In this document: positions 39,901 through 53,184 of the stretch, one piece after another | Layout: each line of letters starts with the position of its first letter | How positions within the stretch are numbered: the first letter of the stretch is position 1 | Assembly: GCA_000934665.2 (NCBI GenBank) | Contig: KZ538444.1 | Coordinates: forward strand, 1-64,000 | Source of the DNA: Catajapyx aquilonaris | Taxonomy: Eukaryota | Direction of reading: 5' to 3' | DNA length: 64,000 nt | The notes under the pieces: generated by a model | What the model was told of the DNA's origin: nothing | What the model saw: the letters and a program-made list of their open reading frames with translations, nothing else | Database searches by the model: none | Made by a program: the position numbers and the translations under genes

Positions 39901-42900
39901 CACTCATTTTTCTGGAGACAGACTAACAAACATTTATTTACTTAATTATGCTCATTATTGTGTTTGTGAACCTGCTCTGACAGGGGTACTTTTATTATTT
40001 ATTATACTCTTATATTTTAACCTTATTGTAATTGATTGGTTAAATGGCCTGAAGTTCTTACAAGTGACCGTTTTTGCACTATTAAAGTTGGGCTCCGTGC
40101 CACCCAGAATTATTAGTCGCTAAAGTAAAGCAGGATCTGTTTTTCCAAACCAAATGGCCGTAAATCATCCCATTTTAGCTCCATAAAAAATCGGTTACTA
40201 TAACTCAAAACCTGACCCTGAACTGGGCACCCACGTCATAACTAAGTGATGACAGACATTGGGTCAACTCCAATACATTTGCCTCCAGTTCCTTAAAAAA
40301 AATACTGCTAAACAATCCAATTATTTTGTAAAAGCATGTCTCGTTCGTATCAGAAAAAAATCGCGTCCTTCCGTCTACATCGTTTGAGAACCACACTGTA
40401 AATTTTAGCAGGGCACCACTTGGTCCTGTTACATTTTTTTCGTACAAAGATGTTTTTTTTCCTGCAAACTTTTCCACTGCACTGGCATGATTCCTAGAAC
40501 AAGTGGAGAGAGAGAGAAGCTCCAGCAGTGAATCACAGGGCTTGCTCAAGACTGTCTTGTCCGAGGCTTCTCTGCGGCCTCTGTTCCACTCCACGTAAAG
40601 CTTAAAGCGGAGGCGCAATGGCTTCCATTACTCTTCCCACGTCTGTTCAAGGCACTGAGGACAATCGAACTTTTCCCAACCTCTTCTACCACCCCACCCT
40701 CCAACAAAAGTGAGAGACCAGCTGACTCTCCTCTACCTGTGACCACTGCTTAAAACTTGTTCTAGTCCAGGCTTAGCATTTGTCATGCTCGAGTCCAAAG
40801 ACTTGGAAGCAGACTTGTCTCTTGTGTGCTGGACGCGCTTGCAGTACGAGCAGCTCGTAGGTGTAGCCTGGTCTTTGGGAAAATATAATGACAAATGAAG
40901 AGACTGGGAAATTCAAGTGATAGTGAGAGAAATGTATGAGATTCAGAAGAAATCTTACTACTAATTGACTTAAATCTTTCCGTCTGATGTTTGTCCGAGC
41001 TGGTAGTACCTTTACCTCTCGCTCCACCCTGAGTGGCAGGAGTATGCAGAGAGAGAGAATGCGCCATCTATGAATGGCGTACGAAACTACCAATGACACT
41101 CGATGGGACGGCGGTGAGTTTTGCTAAATTTTTAATCTAAAATCAATAGGACCAGTCAAAATCACTTAAACTGGACTCATTTACTTATGGGCACGACCGA
41201 CACAGTTTAAAACATAGTAAAACGTACACTATCCAAATTATAGTTAGAATTGAACCTAATTAATTCTTCTGTTTAATGCTGTGAAAGGCCAGCCAACCGT
41301 CTTTTGATACTCCCATAAAATTCGCAAAATTTTCTTCTCGTGATCCCCAGAGAATCGCATAAAACTGAAAACTGCGGCGGAATTAATCTCAAACCGAGCC
41401 ACAGAGATTTAGTCGCAAACTGTTCCCAGCAAAAAAAAAAAAACTCGGGGCACAAATTTTTATATTATTTGAACAAGCCTTTTACGATCCTCGTATTTCC
41501 TCCGGTCACAAAATATCCTCCGACTGAACCCCCTGTCGTCAAACCTGACCTTGCACAAGGACACGACCTCCATCCGTCTGTTNGGGGGGGGGGCGAAACC
41601 CCCCGGATTTGTTAGCCAAGCTGATAAAAGACGGGAAAAAAGTATAGCGCCTTTTTTTAGCTTTAAGAAAAAAAAACAGCCAAGAAATAATATCCTGGCG
41701 GCTAAACTACCGGAAAAATTGGAAGCCAGCGCCTTTGTCTCCTAGAAGCTAGACATAAATCGCGGTCCTTATGGCGACGGTTTCAGAAATGGCGAATAGA
41801 TTTGAGGCTGTTTGGGGGCCGCCGCTTTCATTGGCCCATTTCCCCTGCCAGGAAGAAAAGAAGGTTGCTAGGGAAGGAAAAAAAGACTACAGGAAAAAAA
41901 AATGTTTTACAATTTTTTGGACCATCGCCGTTACAAGATACTACAGTAGAAAAGTTTGCAAAAAAAAACAGCCACAATGTGATTTGGAGACAAAACGCTA
42001 GCTATTTCTCGCCTTAACAAACAGCTAGATGGCTCGCAAATCCGTTGCGACACCTCGCGGGAATTTAATTATTCACGGACGAGCTAATGAAATTGGGCTA
42101 GACTTCCCCCCCCCCTCTCCATCCCATAACGATCTGATGCTAAAAAAGACTCGAGTTTTTTTTTTCTCCGCAAAACTGACTCCAAGACGACGCCGAATTT
42201 GGACCGGAAAGAGATAAATAAGTGATAGAAAAACGCGGTAAATGAATTAACTCGACTCGTTAATGCTGATTGAAAAAATTAAGAGCAATTAAGTAAGCGG
42301 CTAGATTCGCAAAAATTTATGATAGTCGCTAAACCATCTGAATCAAAACATACAAAAAAATATTGCGATTTTAGATTACATGCACATACATCTCTATGTA
42401 GTACTCAAGTCTAAAAGTGTACCATGTATAGATGGAGCATAAATTTCTTCATTACTTGCTAAGTTGCGAATTCCTCAAAACCTGCAAATCCTATCATGCA
42501 ATCGATCCGGGTTTCTAGCAATAACTGCCATCTGCAAATGCTTGCCCCCAAAGAAATATGTGGTAAATAATTCTCCCAACATTTATTTCGCTCTCTCACT
42601 CTCCAGGTGATAAGTGGGCCCTAGTTGAGTCCTCATGGGAAAAATCGCGAGTGCAAATATTTCATTTCTGCAATATTCCGGCCGGCCCGGAGTATTCCGT
42701 ATAAAAAAGGGAAGGGGAAATGACTTGCACTTGATGGAAAGGAAGCAATACTTTTTCCACGTGCTCCAACTTCTTTATTTAATTTTTTTTGTGTGTGTGT
42801 TTGCAAAAATGAGTTCAATGCACCCTGAATTTTTGAGACAAAAGGAAGAATTTCACGAATGGTTACTCATCCCACAAACAGCGCTTGATTAATGAGCCTT

Positions 42901-45900
42901 CTAACGTCAACACAGGCGCCTGGGATAATATTAATCACGCTAATTGCAACGCACATTGTCTCAGCTAATTAATTTTTTTTACCCGACGATATTTTTTTGT
43001 CAATTATAATTTCTTTGAATAAGTCCACCTGTCCAGTATTATTGTGACCTCTCACACTTGTGACCAGGTCGGAGCCAGTAGAGAAAAGCCTCATGAAAAT
43101 CCCAAGGCCCGCCAAGTCCCCAGACATAATTGCCTAATGGAAAATCCGGGAGGCACACATGGTGGTCAGGCTCCTGCGCTTACACTGGGCTCGCTTTAAA
43201 TATTAATCGGGCCTAGTCTCAGTTTGGCCTTGGGTTATATACACCGACCCAAAAATAAGTGCAGCTAAAACCGCCTCCGAAAAAACTGACCCATTCCCGG
43301 AAAAATCATACGGATTATTTTTTTTAAAAAAAAAAAGTTGGCAGTAGATGGCATCACAGTCGATACGCCATCTATACTCTCAAAAATCGCACTAAATACC
43401 GGTACTTCTGCTCTGAATCGCTCCAAAATAAAATTATGCGGAAATACTTCAGTATCCGATCCGTGTCAAATGGCTGCGTAAGTGATAATAATTTTTTAAC
43501 AAATAATTTCTTTTAAATATCAATTACACAGCCGTCCCTGAAATGACTTTAAATTTTTTCTTTAAATTGGAAACAAGCATAGAAATCTTTAATTGCTAAG
43601 CCAGTTGTTTATACGAGTAGATAGTAAATGAATTATTTACTTGCAATTATATGCAACTGGCCGCAACATGCACAATAATGAGTTTTCAGTCATTAAACCA
43701 ATTTTAAAGTAGGTGGACCAGATGCTAAAGTGTGTCCGAAACTTCCTGCCGAGTTCCACAACAGCAATGTTTATTATTGGGTGCAACAATGCGCTATGTG
43801 TTGTTTTTTTTGTAGCAATTCCCTTCCCCATACTGTTTACTTCGTATTTCCGGCTTGCTTTCAGCAAAATGTCGACTTTTTGTAAATAAAAAGTCGGAGG
43901 ACAGTCCAGTGAGAGTCAGCTTAGTACGAATTTGGTTTCGCACAACATTAGGAGAAACCAGTTTGCCAAGTTCTCCATTTTTTAAAAAAACAGGCGGTTG
44001 AACGTTTTGTTGTGTTCAAAAAAAAAATGTAGCCCAGATTTTCACTTACTAATATGCTAGTTGGCGCTCCTAATACGTAGCCAAATTTTTTATTTGTAAA
44101 AGATTTTTTTAAAGGCTAGTAACGGAATCAACAAGGTGAGCGTACCAAACACGGAGTTCACAGGACAATTTTTTTTGAATTAAACAAAAAAAAACTTATT
44201 GTCAGTCCTCTGAGCGACGTGAGGCGGGCTGAAAATGTGAAAGAGTTTGGGATACGTTATAACTTCAGGCTCTAACATCAGTCACATATTTTCCCGAAAA
44301 AAAAAATGGGTGAGGGATTTTTTTTCCCCACCACGAGCTATGAAAAAAGTATGTTAGACATTTTCCAATCGCGGTTCTGAAGTTACAACTCGTTCCCAAG
44401 TTGGACAATAGTTCGCTTTTTTTGTTTAATAAAAAAACGATATAAAAATCTCACCAAAAAAATTTAATTTAAAAAAGACACACAAATCTCTCGTGAGGCG
44501 TTACGGCCCTGATGGCACGAGATGACCGTCCGAAAAATACGAAGAGTTAGCCAAAAAAAAAGTATGGTTATTTAAAAAATATATATGTTAATAACCTGTG
44601 GCAGCGTTTGCCCCTCCCCCCAAAAAATGTCGACGGCATTTAAGATAATATCGCCCGTGACGGTTGTTGTTGCTGTTGTTGTTATTGTTGCTGTTGGTTG
44701 TTTCTGTACAGTATCACAACTTAGTGAATATTTGATGACAAAGCTGCTGCTACAAACTTTCAAAAAAAATATAATTAAAAAAAATATAATGGGCCAGGGT
44801 TGGATTTTGGAAAGCCCTGGATAATATAGGTACAGTGGGTGGGTGTGTGTGGGGGGGTACTTTAATTCGCGAAGGATTAGCAGCTGCAATTGCCGAGGGG
44901 GGGATTTCCAACTACTTTATCACTTCCGCAAAGCTTTTGCTTGTCATTGGCGCGCCTCCAACCTTAAAGCCTTTATTCGTTCCTCTCTCAGAGAGAGAGA
45001 GAGACTGCTTATTCCTTTTGCTGGTTTATGCCGCTCCTCCTCGCATCCTCATTAATCTCACCCAGCTGCCAACAAAGGTCAATGTGGAGCCAAAACGATT
45101 ATTCGCAAACTTTAACTCGTTTCGCGGCTCACTGACACTTGTCATCGTCGAAAATTTCTTGGGATGATTTTACACCCTACGAAAGAGTCATATTTCCAAC
45201 CCTGGCCAACAAATAGTGCGTATTACCAGTATTATATGAAACGAAAAAAAAAATTGTTATCATTATGAATATAATCCTGTTCTTAACCGTCTTTTACCCA
45301 TGCACTGGTGAAATATATATAATACACAAATTGGGTGTTGCTTGGGCAAGTTGTACACATCAAATATTTTGGGGGGAACAACTGATGATTTTAAAACTCT
45401 CCCCCCCCCCCATGTTTTATCTACCAAAACATGTCACTTTCCTAAGCAAAACTCAGTGGTACAGATGGGACATATATTTGAAGATAAAAAAAGACAAATA
45501 TATTATGATATACATATATAATATAAAGTGTGGAACAAATGGGAAGATTTAGATTTTAGGTGTTGCATTTAAAAAAAGAAAGAACCACATTTAAAGAGAG
45601 CTCCATCTCAAAAATAATTGGGAGACGGAGACGGCTTCGTTGAATGTCTGTAATCAAAGCGCAGTTCTGTTATGTTCGGCTCAGGTCGTTGTGTGTGTTT
45701 ACTCGTCGTCTTCTTTATGTAGTAAAAATAAACTTCACGTGTGTGCGTGGTTCATGTGTGTTACACGCCTAATATGCGCCGAGTGTCTCATGATTAACTT
45801 GGTAATATCCTGGAGTCGAAAGTCTGTCCTCGCGATTTCGAGCGTATACGCGCGGTATCGCTTGCGAGAAGTCGCGGATCGCTTCGATTATATAGGGTTG

Positions 45901-46091
45901 CCAAGTTAATGACGAGACGCTCTGCGCATGTGATATGAATCAGCCTTGGATGTAAACGATGAGAATTATTGCGAAAATAAAGCATTGGTTTTAAACACAA
46001 CCTGCTTCTTTTCCTAATTGACCCTGCAAGATCACCTGAATTTACTAATTCTGCGCAACAATTTAATTTACAAACAATGGCACTAGGAAGG

Positions 46092-46311
46092 CTCTAGGAA
46101 GAGAGTCGCCAAAGTTCTGACGTCACATCTTCCCTGATTTGCTGGATTCGTTAGTGACCAATGGGACCCACCATCTTACGTTGCCATTTTAAAAAAGTGG
46201 CCGGCTCGGACGTCACGGTCACCTCCGATTGGCTGGAGCCAGAAGGCCTATACTACTCCAGCCAATCGGAGTCGACCATGACGTCAGAAGTTGGCGACTC
46301 TCTTCCTAGAG
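46092..46311. mobile_element. MITE-like element with about 34-bp TIRs and an internal hairpin
   Basis: CTCTAGGAAGAGAGTCGCCAA..TTCTGACGTCA ... TGACGTCAGAAGTTGGCGACTCTCTTCCTAGAG; inner CTCCGATTGGCTGGAG / CTCCAGCCAATCGGAG. Confidence 0.8.
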
Positions 46312-49300
46312 GCTCTCTAGTGGCGCATAGCAGACGGTAAGTTATCATAGCAACAACTGCCTGAAATCTAAGGTAAGTAATCAAAAGATAAACCAGTTTC
46401 TATCAAAGTTTGTTTGCTTTATCGAAATACTTTTTCTTCGTCATACGACTTCTGCTCAGCAAGCAAAGCAGGGCTCGAAAATTGCGAAAACATGCAATGC
46501 GGCAACCTTTGAAAGTCAACAACAACACTCCATTCAAGGTCCAAATGCACTTTCAAAAAAATCCCTCCACATGAATAGAGGCCTTCAGAAACTTTTTTTT
46601 CCATCACTAGAAGATCGGAGGAAGACCTCGATTATCTCCTCCTCCAAAAAAAATATCTGAAGGGTCGACTTCAGCACAGCAAGTCAGCAGAGGAGAGACC
46701 ACGATGACGGTCATACATCAAGCCCTCTTCCTTCGGCCTAATTCCCAAGGCACTCAATCCGAACTTGGCCCAGAAAACACCTCCATCGGCACCTCTCTCT
46801 GCCCCTTTATGATAGAAACCATCCAGAGGAGGATGGACCGAGGGTGGAGGGGGGGAAGAGGAAAATCCTAATCTCTTGCAAATAGCTCCAGCCCCATCCT
46901 GCTTACGTTTGCTCACTTTCCTCAGCAATTTTTTTTTTCTATCCGAACCTTACTGATCCATCGCCATCTGGTCGGATGCCCACAACGGCTCCCAAAATCA
47001 TACTGTTACAGGCCTCTAATCAAATCAATTTTTGGTAAGCATGTGGCCAGACCCTTCTGCATGATGGAGATGAAGGCCAGACTGTTACAAAAACAATGTC
47101 TGAAGAAGACGTGTTGCAGATAAATTTTTTTTGTATGCAGGGTGGTTCAAACATTCTTGCGCAGATTAAGTTGTTTTTAAGTCAGATTCATTCATTCACT
47201 TCATTCATTGCACTCACGGCATATTCATATCAAGATGGGGTTACCATATTTAAGTAAGCAGAAAATTGAATTCTGTTGTTAGTAATATATATATTATATT
47301 AAAATCCTTAGTTGCTTGACCGAGGCCTTTTATTGGTCTGCCGCATATTGTTACCGCTAAGCTTCCTATTGGCCCCCTCACACAACAATACAAGTAAACA
47401 GCGTCCTTTCATTGACACTGTTTACTTACACTGTTGAGGTCATTTCCATATAGAAACTTGATATGAAAAGTGGGAGGTTCTAGGATGTCCTTTGACCTTC
47501 CCACCGTTGGCAGACCGCAGGCCTAGAAAAAAGCGAGCTAATCGAGGGTTTTTCTAGTTTAAAGTAACAGCTACTCTTCATGTCTGAATTTCCTTAAGGA
47601 AACCCGACTGTAATTTAGTCACCAGGGACACCAAAGGATGTCTTTATATAGAGACGTCATTTTGTGGACACTGAAACACCATATGTTGATTCTAGAATAG
47701 TATTTCTATCCATACAAAAAAATACCCAGCATAAGAAGGCTTCAAGTCTCCAAGGGGTTTCCTCAAGGTTATTCCGAGCGTGTCTCTTATACTCTTAGTA
47801 TAGGCTGTATCAATGTCATTTGGCCCTTTCGTGACACTGCTAGCTTCAAACCTGGCAATCATCTGCTCTGATTGGTGACTTTCCAGCAGGGTGATCGTCA
47901 TAGGAAATTCTGAATGGGAATTTCACGTGAATGGGAGTTAGGTAATTCCATTTCATTGAAAGACATCAGGTGAATGGAAGTGACTCGTGAATGTGATGAA
48001 TGAATTGGAATGCATAATCCACAGAAGTTAACAGTAGATTTACACGACACTAGTTATTTTTTTTACTTAGCATTGCTCCAGTGATGTGCTCGACAAGCTT
48101 TTGAGCATTTACTCAACTGCTATTGCAGCTAGTTTTCTCCCATCTCTCCACACGTAGCTAAGCCCTTATAAAGCCAGCTTTCTCTACACATCCGAGTATT
48201 GTGTTCCAGAAAGCCCAACCAACTCCTTGCAAGGAAAAGAAGAAAAAAATATCCGGATATCCTTCTCGCAAGCGAAAATAAACGAGCCGCCGCCGCAGTG
48301 AGTATAAGCACAAAAGCGCATCTTTCCCTTGGTACAGAAAAAAAAAAAAATCAGAGAATATGCAAAAATCCCTAGGTTTTGTCCCCGGTCGCTGAGAAAT
48401 ACCAAGGTCAGGATTGCGAGAAGAAGAAAAAAAAAATTCTAGAGACGGAAGCTAGTTAGGGATGCTTTGTGGAGAGAAAATTTTTTGGGGAGGGGGGAAG
48501 AGGAGGCCATTTACACGGGATTGCACTCGAGAAGTGAAGACTTGGGGTTTTTGTGGGGGAGGAGGGGGGAAAGAGAGGAAGCTCGGGATTGGCACGTGAG
48601 CAGCCCCAGGCCCAGACCAACACGGGGAATCCCCGGAGCCTCGTCCATCTTGCCCCGACGACGTGGCCAACCCAACCAGCCAAATTGAATTCTTTTCACT
48701 CGTTCACAAACCCTTCTCTCTCTCTCTACTCTACGTTTTTTTTTTACCCTACCATCACCACCCTACCTTTTAACCTGCACCATTCCCATTACACCCTCAC
48801 ATATTTGCTGCTTCCAAATTACTCACGGGGAATCCCCGTTTTTTTGCACAAAAAATTTGCCATTGGCCTACTTTTTTTCTCATATCCAAAAACCTTACGT
48901 AATATCAGCAAAGATCGAGTCTGCTGGACAAATTCATGTAGACTTTGAATCCACTTGTCTTTTCTTCCTGCTCGTTTTCCTCTTTCGAAGTGACAGAAAC
49001 AAAGCTTAGTCTCGCTCGTTTAATAACAAAGTCGCTTAATGGGGGAAGGAATCACAATTCGCCTTGACTTCAGATTAGTTCTGCCTTTACTTTGCGTAGG
49101 CCAAAATGTCTCCTGCTAGGATATTACGAGGAGGCTATGCTTGGAGTGAAATAGAGCAGGTATAGTTGAAGGCCTGTCACATTTTCTAATTACTACATCT
49201 AGGACAATTTTCTTAAGTATTTATTTATTTTACTACACCTATCATTTATCACATTCGTATTTTAAGAAAAATGGCCATTTACACACCGCTGTAACTAATT

Positions 49301-50949
49301 GGCGCGTTAAATTGGCGCACAGCAGGCCTGATTCTCCAAAAGTCACTCTGAAAGTCAAAGATGATCCGGAAGCGTCTGATCTAAGCTGTATAAAAACCTG
49401 ATCCGGAAGGGCCCAAGCGATCGGCCAGAAAAACGTTTGACACGTGCCACAAAGGCAGGTTTTCAATCAAACCGCAGCTCCAAAATACTTCCCCCCCCCC
49501 CCCTTTAAAAATAGGGGAATTCCTTCCTTCCTCCTCTTGAGAGAAGCGCCATCATTAAGTCCCAGAGGTGGCAACAGCGCAGAAAGAGAGTTTGCACAAA
49601 GGATCCCTCGTTCATCTGCGGATACCGAGAGGATCCCACAGTGTCATCCATCACTGCCAACCATCCCCGTTCCTTCATACCTTATCCTCTTCTCGCGTAT
49701 AAAAAAAAATGGCGAAGACACTGGCAAAAATTGAATCGCAAGGCCATGGTCTGAAGCTCACCAAAAAAAACAATTACCCTCCTTAATTCGTCAATTTTTT
49801 GCTATAAAATTGGAGCAAATTATTACCTATTGCCAACCCTCTCCTTAAAGTGGAAACAGCCGCAAATATTCATACAGCATGCAATGATCCATTTCCGCAA
49901 AATTGTTTTTCCAATAATACTCAGCGACACACAATGATATCTGGGTCTGCAGGACCTGACCAAACCGCCACCTTTCAAAAGAAAAGGACCTTTACAAACT
50001 AAGGTCAAACCTAAAATAGTCATTTTAGTCACACAATCATGTATAATAATACATTGTGACTGTTGCTGCCGAGTAATAAATGAAAATGAGACTGTTATAT
50101 CAGGAGTAAAAACACACAGCTCCTTATGGAATGCCAAAACCTGCTGTGACGTCACGTCACGTGCGATGCTCCGTTTGGCGTACAGCGAGGCTCATCAGAG
50201 CAACAAGTACATAAGTGCCAAGGCATTTTGGAGTGGACTTAGCTTGTTTTCTGATTCCATGGTTCAATTATTACTAAAAGTCAGTTAGGTCCATACTTCT
50301 CCCCAAATCGTACAGAAAAATCGTGGCTCAAACAAGCACAATCCCTAGAGACATTACCCGAGGGTTTGCATCGCAAAGTCGCAAAGTTTTTTTCTTCTTT
50401 CTATACCCTCATGCAGCTCGACTAGGCCAAGGACTATATAAGGTAAAGGAAAAAAAAATACTTTCTTATGCGCGCCTCGACCTGCCGCCAATCGTATCGG
50501 GGCCATATCTCCGCCTCCTCAAATCAAATGGCCCGGCTTAAAACTACCCCTTGCAAGACTTTCCCCCTCCGTGATTGTCTTGCCTTAACCTACCACCCAC
50601 CCATCCACCTTTAAAACGTGTCTTGGATTTTCAGAGGGTGGTTGAAATCCGGATCATTACTACGTAACTACAATCAAAATATGGATTTAATTACAGTTTT
50701 TTCTAAACGATTTAGAATGTAGTAGTGAAGCAGTTATCAAATCCTGGAAACAATGCCGATTGATTGTCCACGTAGTAATATGTCCCTCGCATAGATGGCG
50801 CATAGTTCCTCTCTGCAGTCTGCACACTGCTGCCGCTCTCAGGGTCTTGCGGGGAAAAGGGGTACTAGGTGCACCTAGGTGATGACTCACCGCGGACAAG
50901 ACATCAGGAGGCACAGACTCTAGCCAACTCTAGTAGATTCTGTGCACAC

Positions 50950-50952
<3 letters not shown>

Positions 50953-50991
<39 letters not shown>
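50953..50991. repeat. (TAA)13 microsatellite
   Basis: Directly visible. Confidence 0.97.
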
Positions 50992-50992
<1 letters not shown>

Positions 50993-51001
50993 TTCCAAGT
51001 T

Positions 51002-51339
51002 GGGGACCGAAGCAGCTGCTTCGGTCCCCACCGCCACCACTGCACTAGTGCAGTGGTGGCGGAGGGGATATGGTATCCGACTGCTAATCGGGAGGTCCTG
51101 GGTTCGATCCCCGGGGCCGGCAACCCTAAACCGTGGTTTACTGTGGTTTCCCACGGTCCCTCCAGGTAAATGCCGGGGTTGTTTCCGTAATTAATAGGCC
51201 ACAGCCGCTTCCTTCCGTCCATATCCTATCCCAAAAAGCGAAGTAAAAATGCACAGAAAGAGTTCCAGTCAAAACAAAACTCCCCCCTAAAGAGCGCGCC
51301 GGCTGATAACGGGGTATGATATTATATTAATATATTATT
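51002..51339 (+). mobile_element. tRNA-derived SINE, apparently full length, with target-site duplication
   Basis: A-box TGGCGGAGGGG, B-box GGTTCGATCCC, body shared with the 15049 copy, AT-rich tail; direct repeat ACTTCCAAGTTGGG at 50991-51004 and 51340-51353. Confidence 0.85.
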
Positions 51340-51468
51340 ACTTCCAAGTTGGGCAATATTCTGTCCACAATACTGACTCTGTTCTTTATACATGGAGCAA
51401 TATTTCATACCAATAATAAAACTTCCAGCAAAAAAGATTGTTTGATAATTTTCTTTATAAACTTGATA

Positions 51469-51474
51469 TTTATT
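51469..51474 (-). promoter_or_regulatory. Candidate poly(A) signal for the cadherin distal 3' UTR
   Basis: TTTATT on + (AATAAA on -) about 1 kb downstream of the stop at 52500; motif evidence only. Confidence 0.3.
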
Positions 51475-52499
51475 ACAGTGCTGTTCGAAGAGAAGGACAG
51501 AAAAAAATACTGCTTGGAAGACACAACTGGGCTTACATTGTTGGCCAACAATACACTCGCGTATATGACCACAAGTAATAAAATATATAATAACATCATC
51601 GTTGAACAATGTACACATCTTTTTAAAATGATATATCGGACCAGTTGGTTCTTTGGCTCCATTTTTAATTAGCACATAGTAATTATCTTTGGGGCAGATG
51701 TACACTGGGGGATGTAACAATGCATTGTCCTAATCACACGTCCTTTGCCTTTGCTTTAAAGGAAGAACTGTATTTTTGCTCCTTATTCATCTGCACCTGG
51801 ACTCTTTCATGGAATATTTTGCTGCATAAGTAGCCTACAATGCAGAGTACCGTATGCACCTTCAAGCGACTCCAGTCTCACGCAATGCCAAATGCAAATA
51901 GCCGCATATTTTACAAAACAGTTTCGCAAGATTTAACCTTTTCTAACTGTAAGTCATTTTTAAAAAATGTTCTCATATTCTTGTCAAACAAGTAATTTTA
52001 CCTGCTGCATCCAGTTACAAGTACTGGAAAATCTGTACAAAAAATGGCATTATATCTGTCTATACTTAACCTGATGAACCAATGATGAGACATTGTGTAT
52101 TGTTGGCTCCCGCCATATTGTCACACAAACATTGTTTGCACTGGAATTTTACACCACAAGCTTTCTCCAGTTGGTGTGTGCTAAACAATTAGCATAACTA
52201 TGACAGTCAAACACCCTCATTGCATTCATTCAGATTGCATGACGCATTTGACAGCTTCAACACACTGGCAATTTACATTATACCACAAGTACCGACCATG
52301 TTCAGGACAACAATGCATAATCAACTGACTCCAGTACACTCACATTGTTTGTCACGTCTCCAAGTACACGTTCATGTCCTGGATCAGCCCCGGGGCCGCC
52401 CCACCACAGTCTACGGTCCAGCACACACGACACCAAACGCGACACTACAAAGAAGGTGACATTGGTGACTTTGATGACGTCACACTCTTCCCAAAAACT

Positions 52500-52692
52500 T
52501 TAGAAGATCACGTGGCCAGGGCAGCGTTCGGAGGGCCGCCTTTCAGTCAAGTTGACCCGCGGGATTTGCTGGTGCTGGGCCGGCTGCTGGTGGTGCGAGT
52601 TCCACCTTGGCCTCGGGGCCGCCCCTGAGCACCTCCGCCCTCCTCCTCGCCCGCAGGTGTTGCTTTCACGGAGAGAGTCCGCAAAATTCTCC
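52500..52692 (-). CDS. Cad89D: Cad89D-like cadherin, distal terminal coding exon (RENFADSL...GHVIF*)
   Basis: Strong acceptor (T-run followed by CCCCCAG); in frame with the phase-2 donor at 53184; GC-rich; TAA at 52500-52502. Confidence 0.65.
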
Positions 52693-52934
52693 CTGGGGGA
52701 AAAAAAAGGGAATACCATAATAATGTAACGCCACCGAAAAGCAAAATTTACTTTATAATATACAGGGTATATTAATATAATTTATTAATTGCATATATTA
52801 CATAGCCATAAATTTGCTACAACCATTAGAAGTGACGTCACTGCCGGCAATGATGTAATTAACAATTAAAAGCAAGTGACGTACTCCGCCATTATGATGC
52901 AAGCATATTGTAAAGCATATCCGGATAATACAGA

Positions 52935-52980
52935 TCACTGCTGGACATTAATGGTGTCGTACAAGTGACTCCACGAGCTG
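52935..52980 (-). CDS. Candidate alternative terminal exon of the cadherin (SSSWSHLYDTINVQQ*)
   Basis: Branch-like GCTAAT, pyrimidine tract and CCGCCAG|CAG acceptor; in frame with the phase-2 donor; TGA at 52935-52937; AATAAA on - at 52781-52786. Confidence 0.45.
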
Positions 52981-53184
52981 CTGGCGGAAAAAGAGGGAAT
53001 CGAAGTGATGAATTAGCAACATCGTTTCCATTCGCTCTTGTGCCGCCAGTGGCCACCAGTGCGACACCAAATGTCCAGCACTGTCGCCTTGTTGTATGAT
53101 CGATGGTAAATCCGGAACAAGTGGTTAGTTGGAATATAATCCGGATTTACCTTCGATTGTACCACATACATCCCATGCACCTAC

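Noticed and set aside
50160..50205. Hammerhead ribozyme-like CTGATGAG...AAAC on the - strand
   Set aside because: GAAA is replaced by CAAA, and there is no stem III or NUH cleavage triplet.
51050..51121. tRNA-Ser(GCT) gene (also at about 15056-15127)
   Set aside because: The acceptor stem does not pair, there is no long variable arm, and both copies continue into a shared SINE body (one with a TSD).
51322..51720. AT-rich ORFs of 85-132 aa on both strands
   Set aside because: No recognisable domain or splice context; more simply explained as cadherin 3' UTR and flank.
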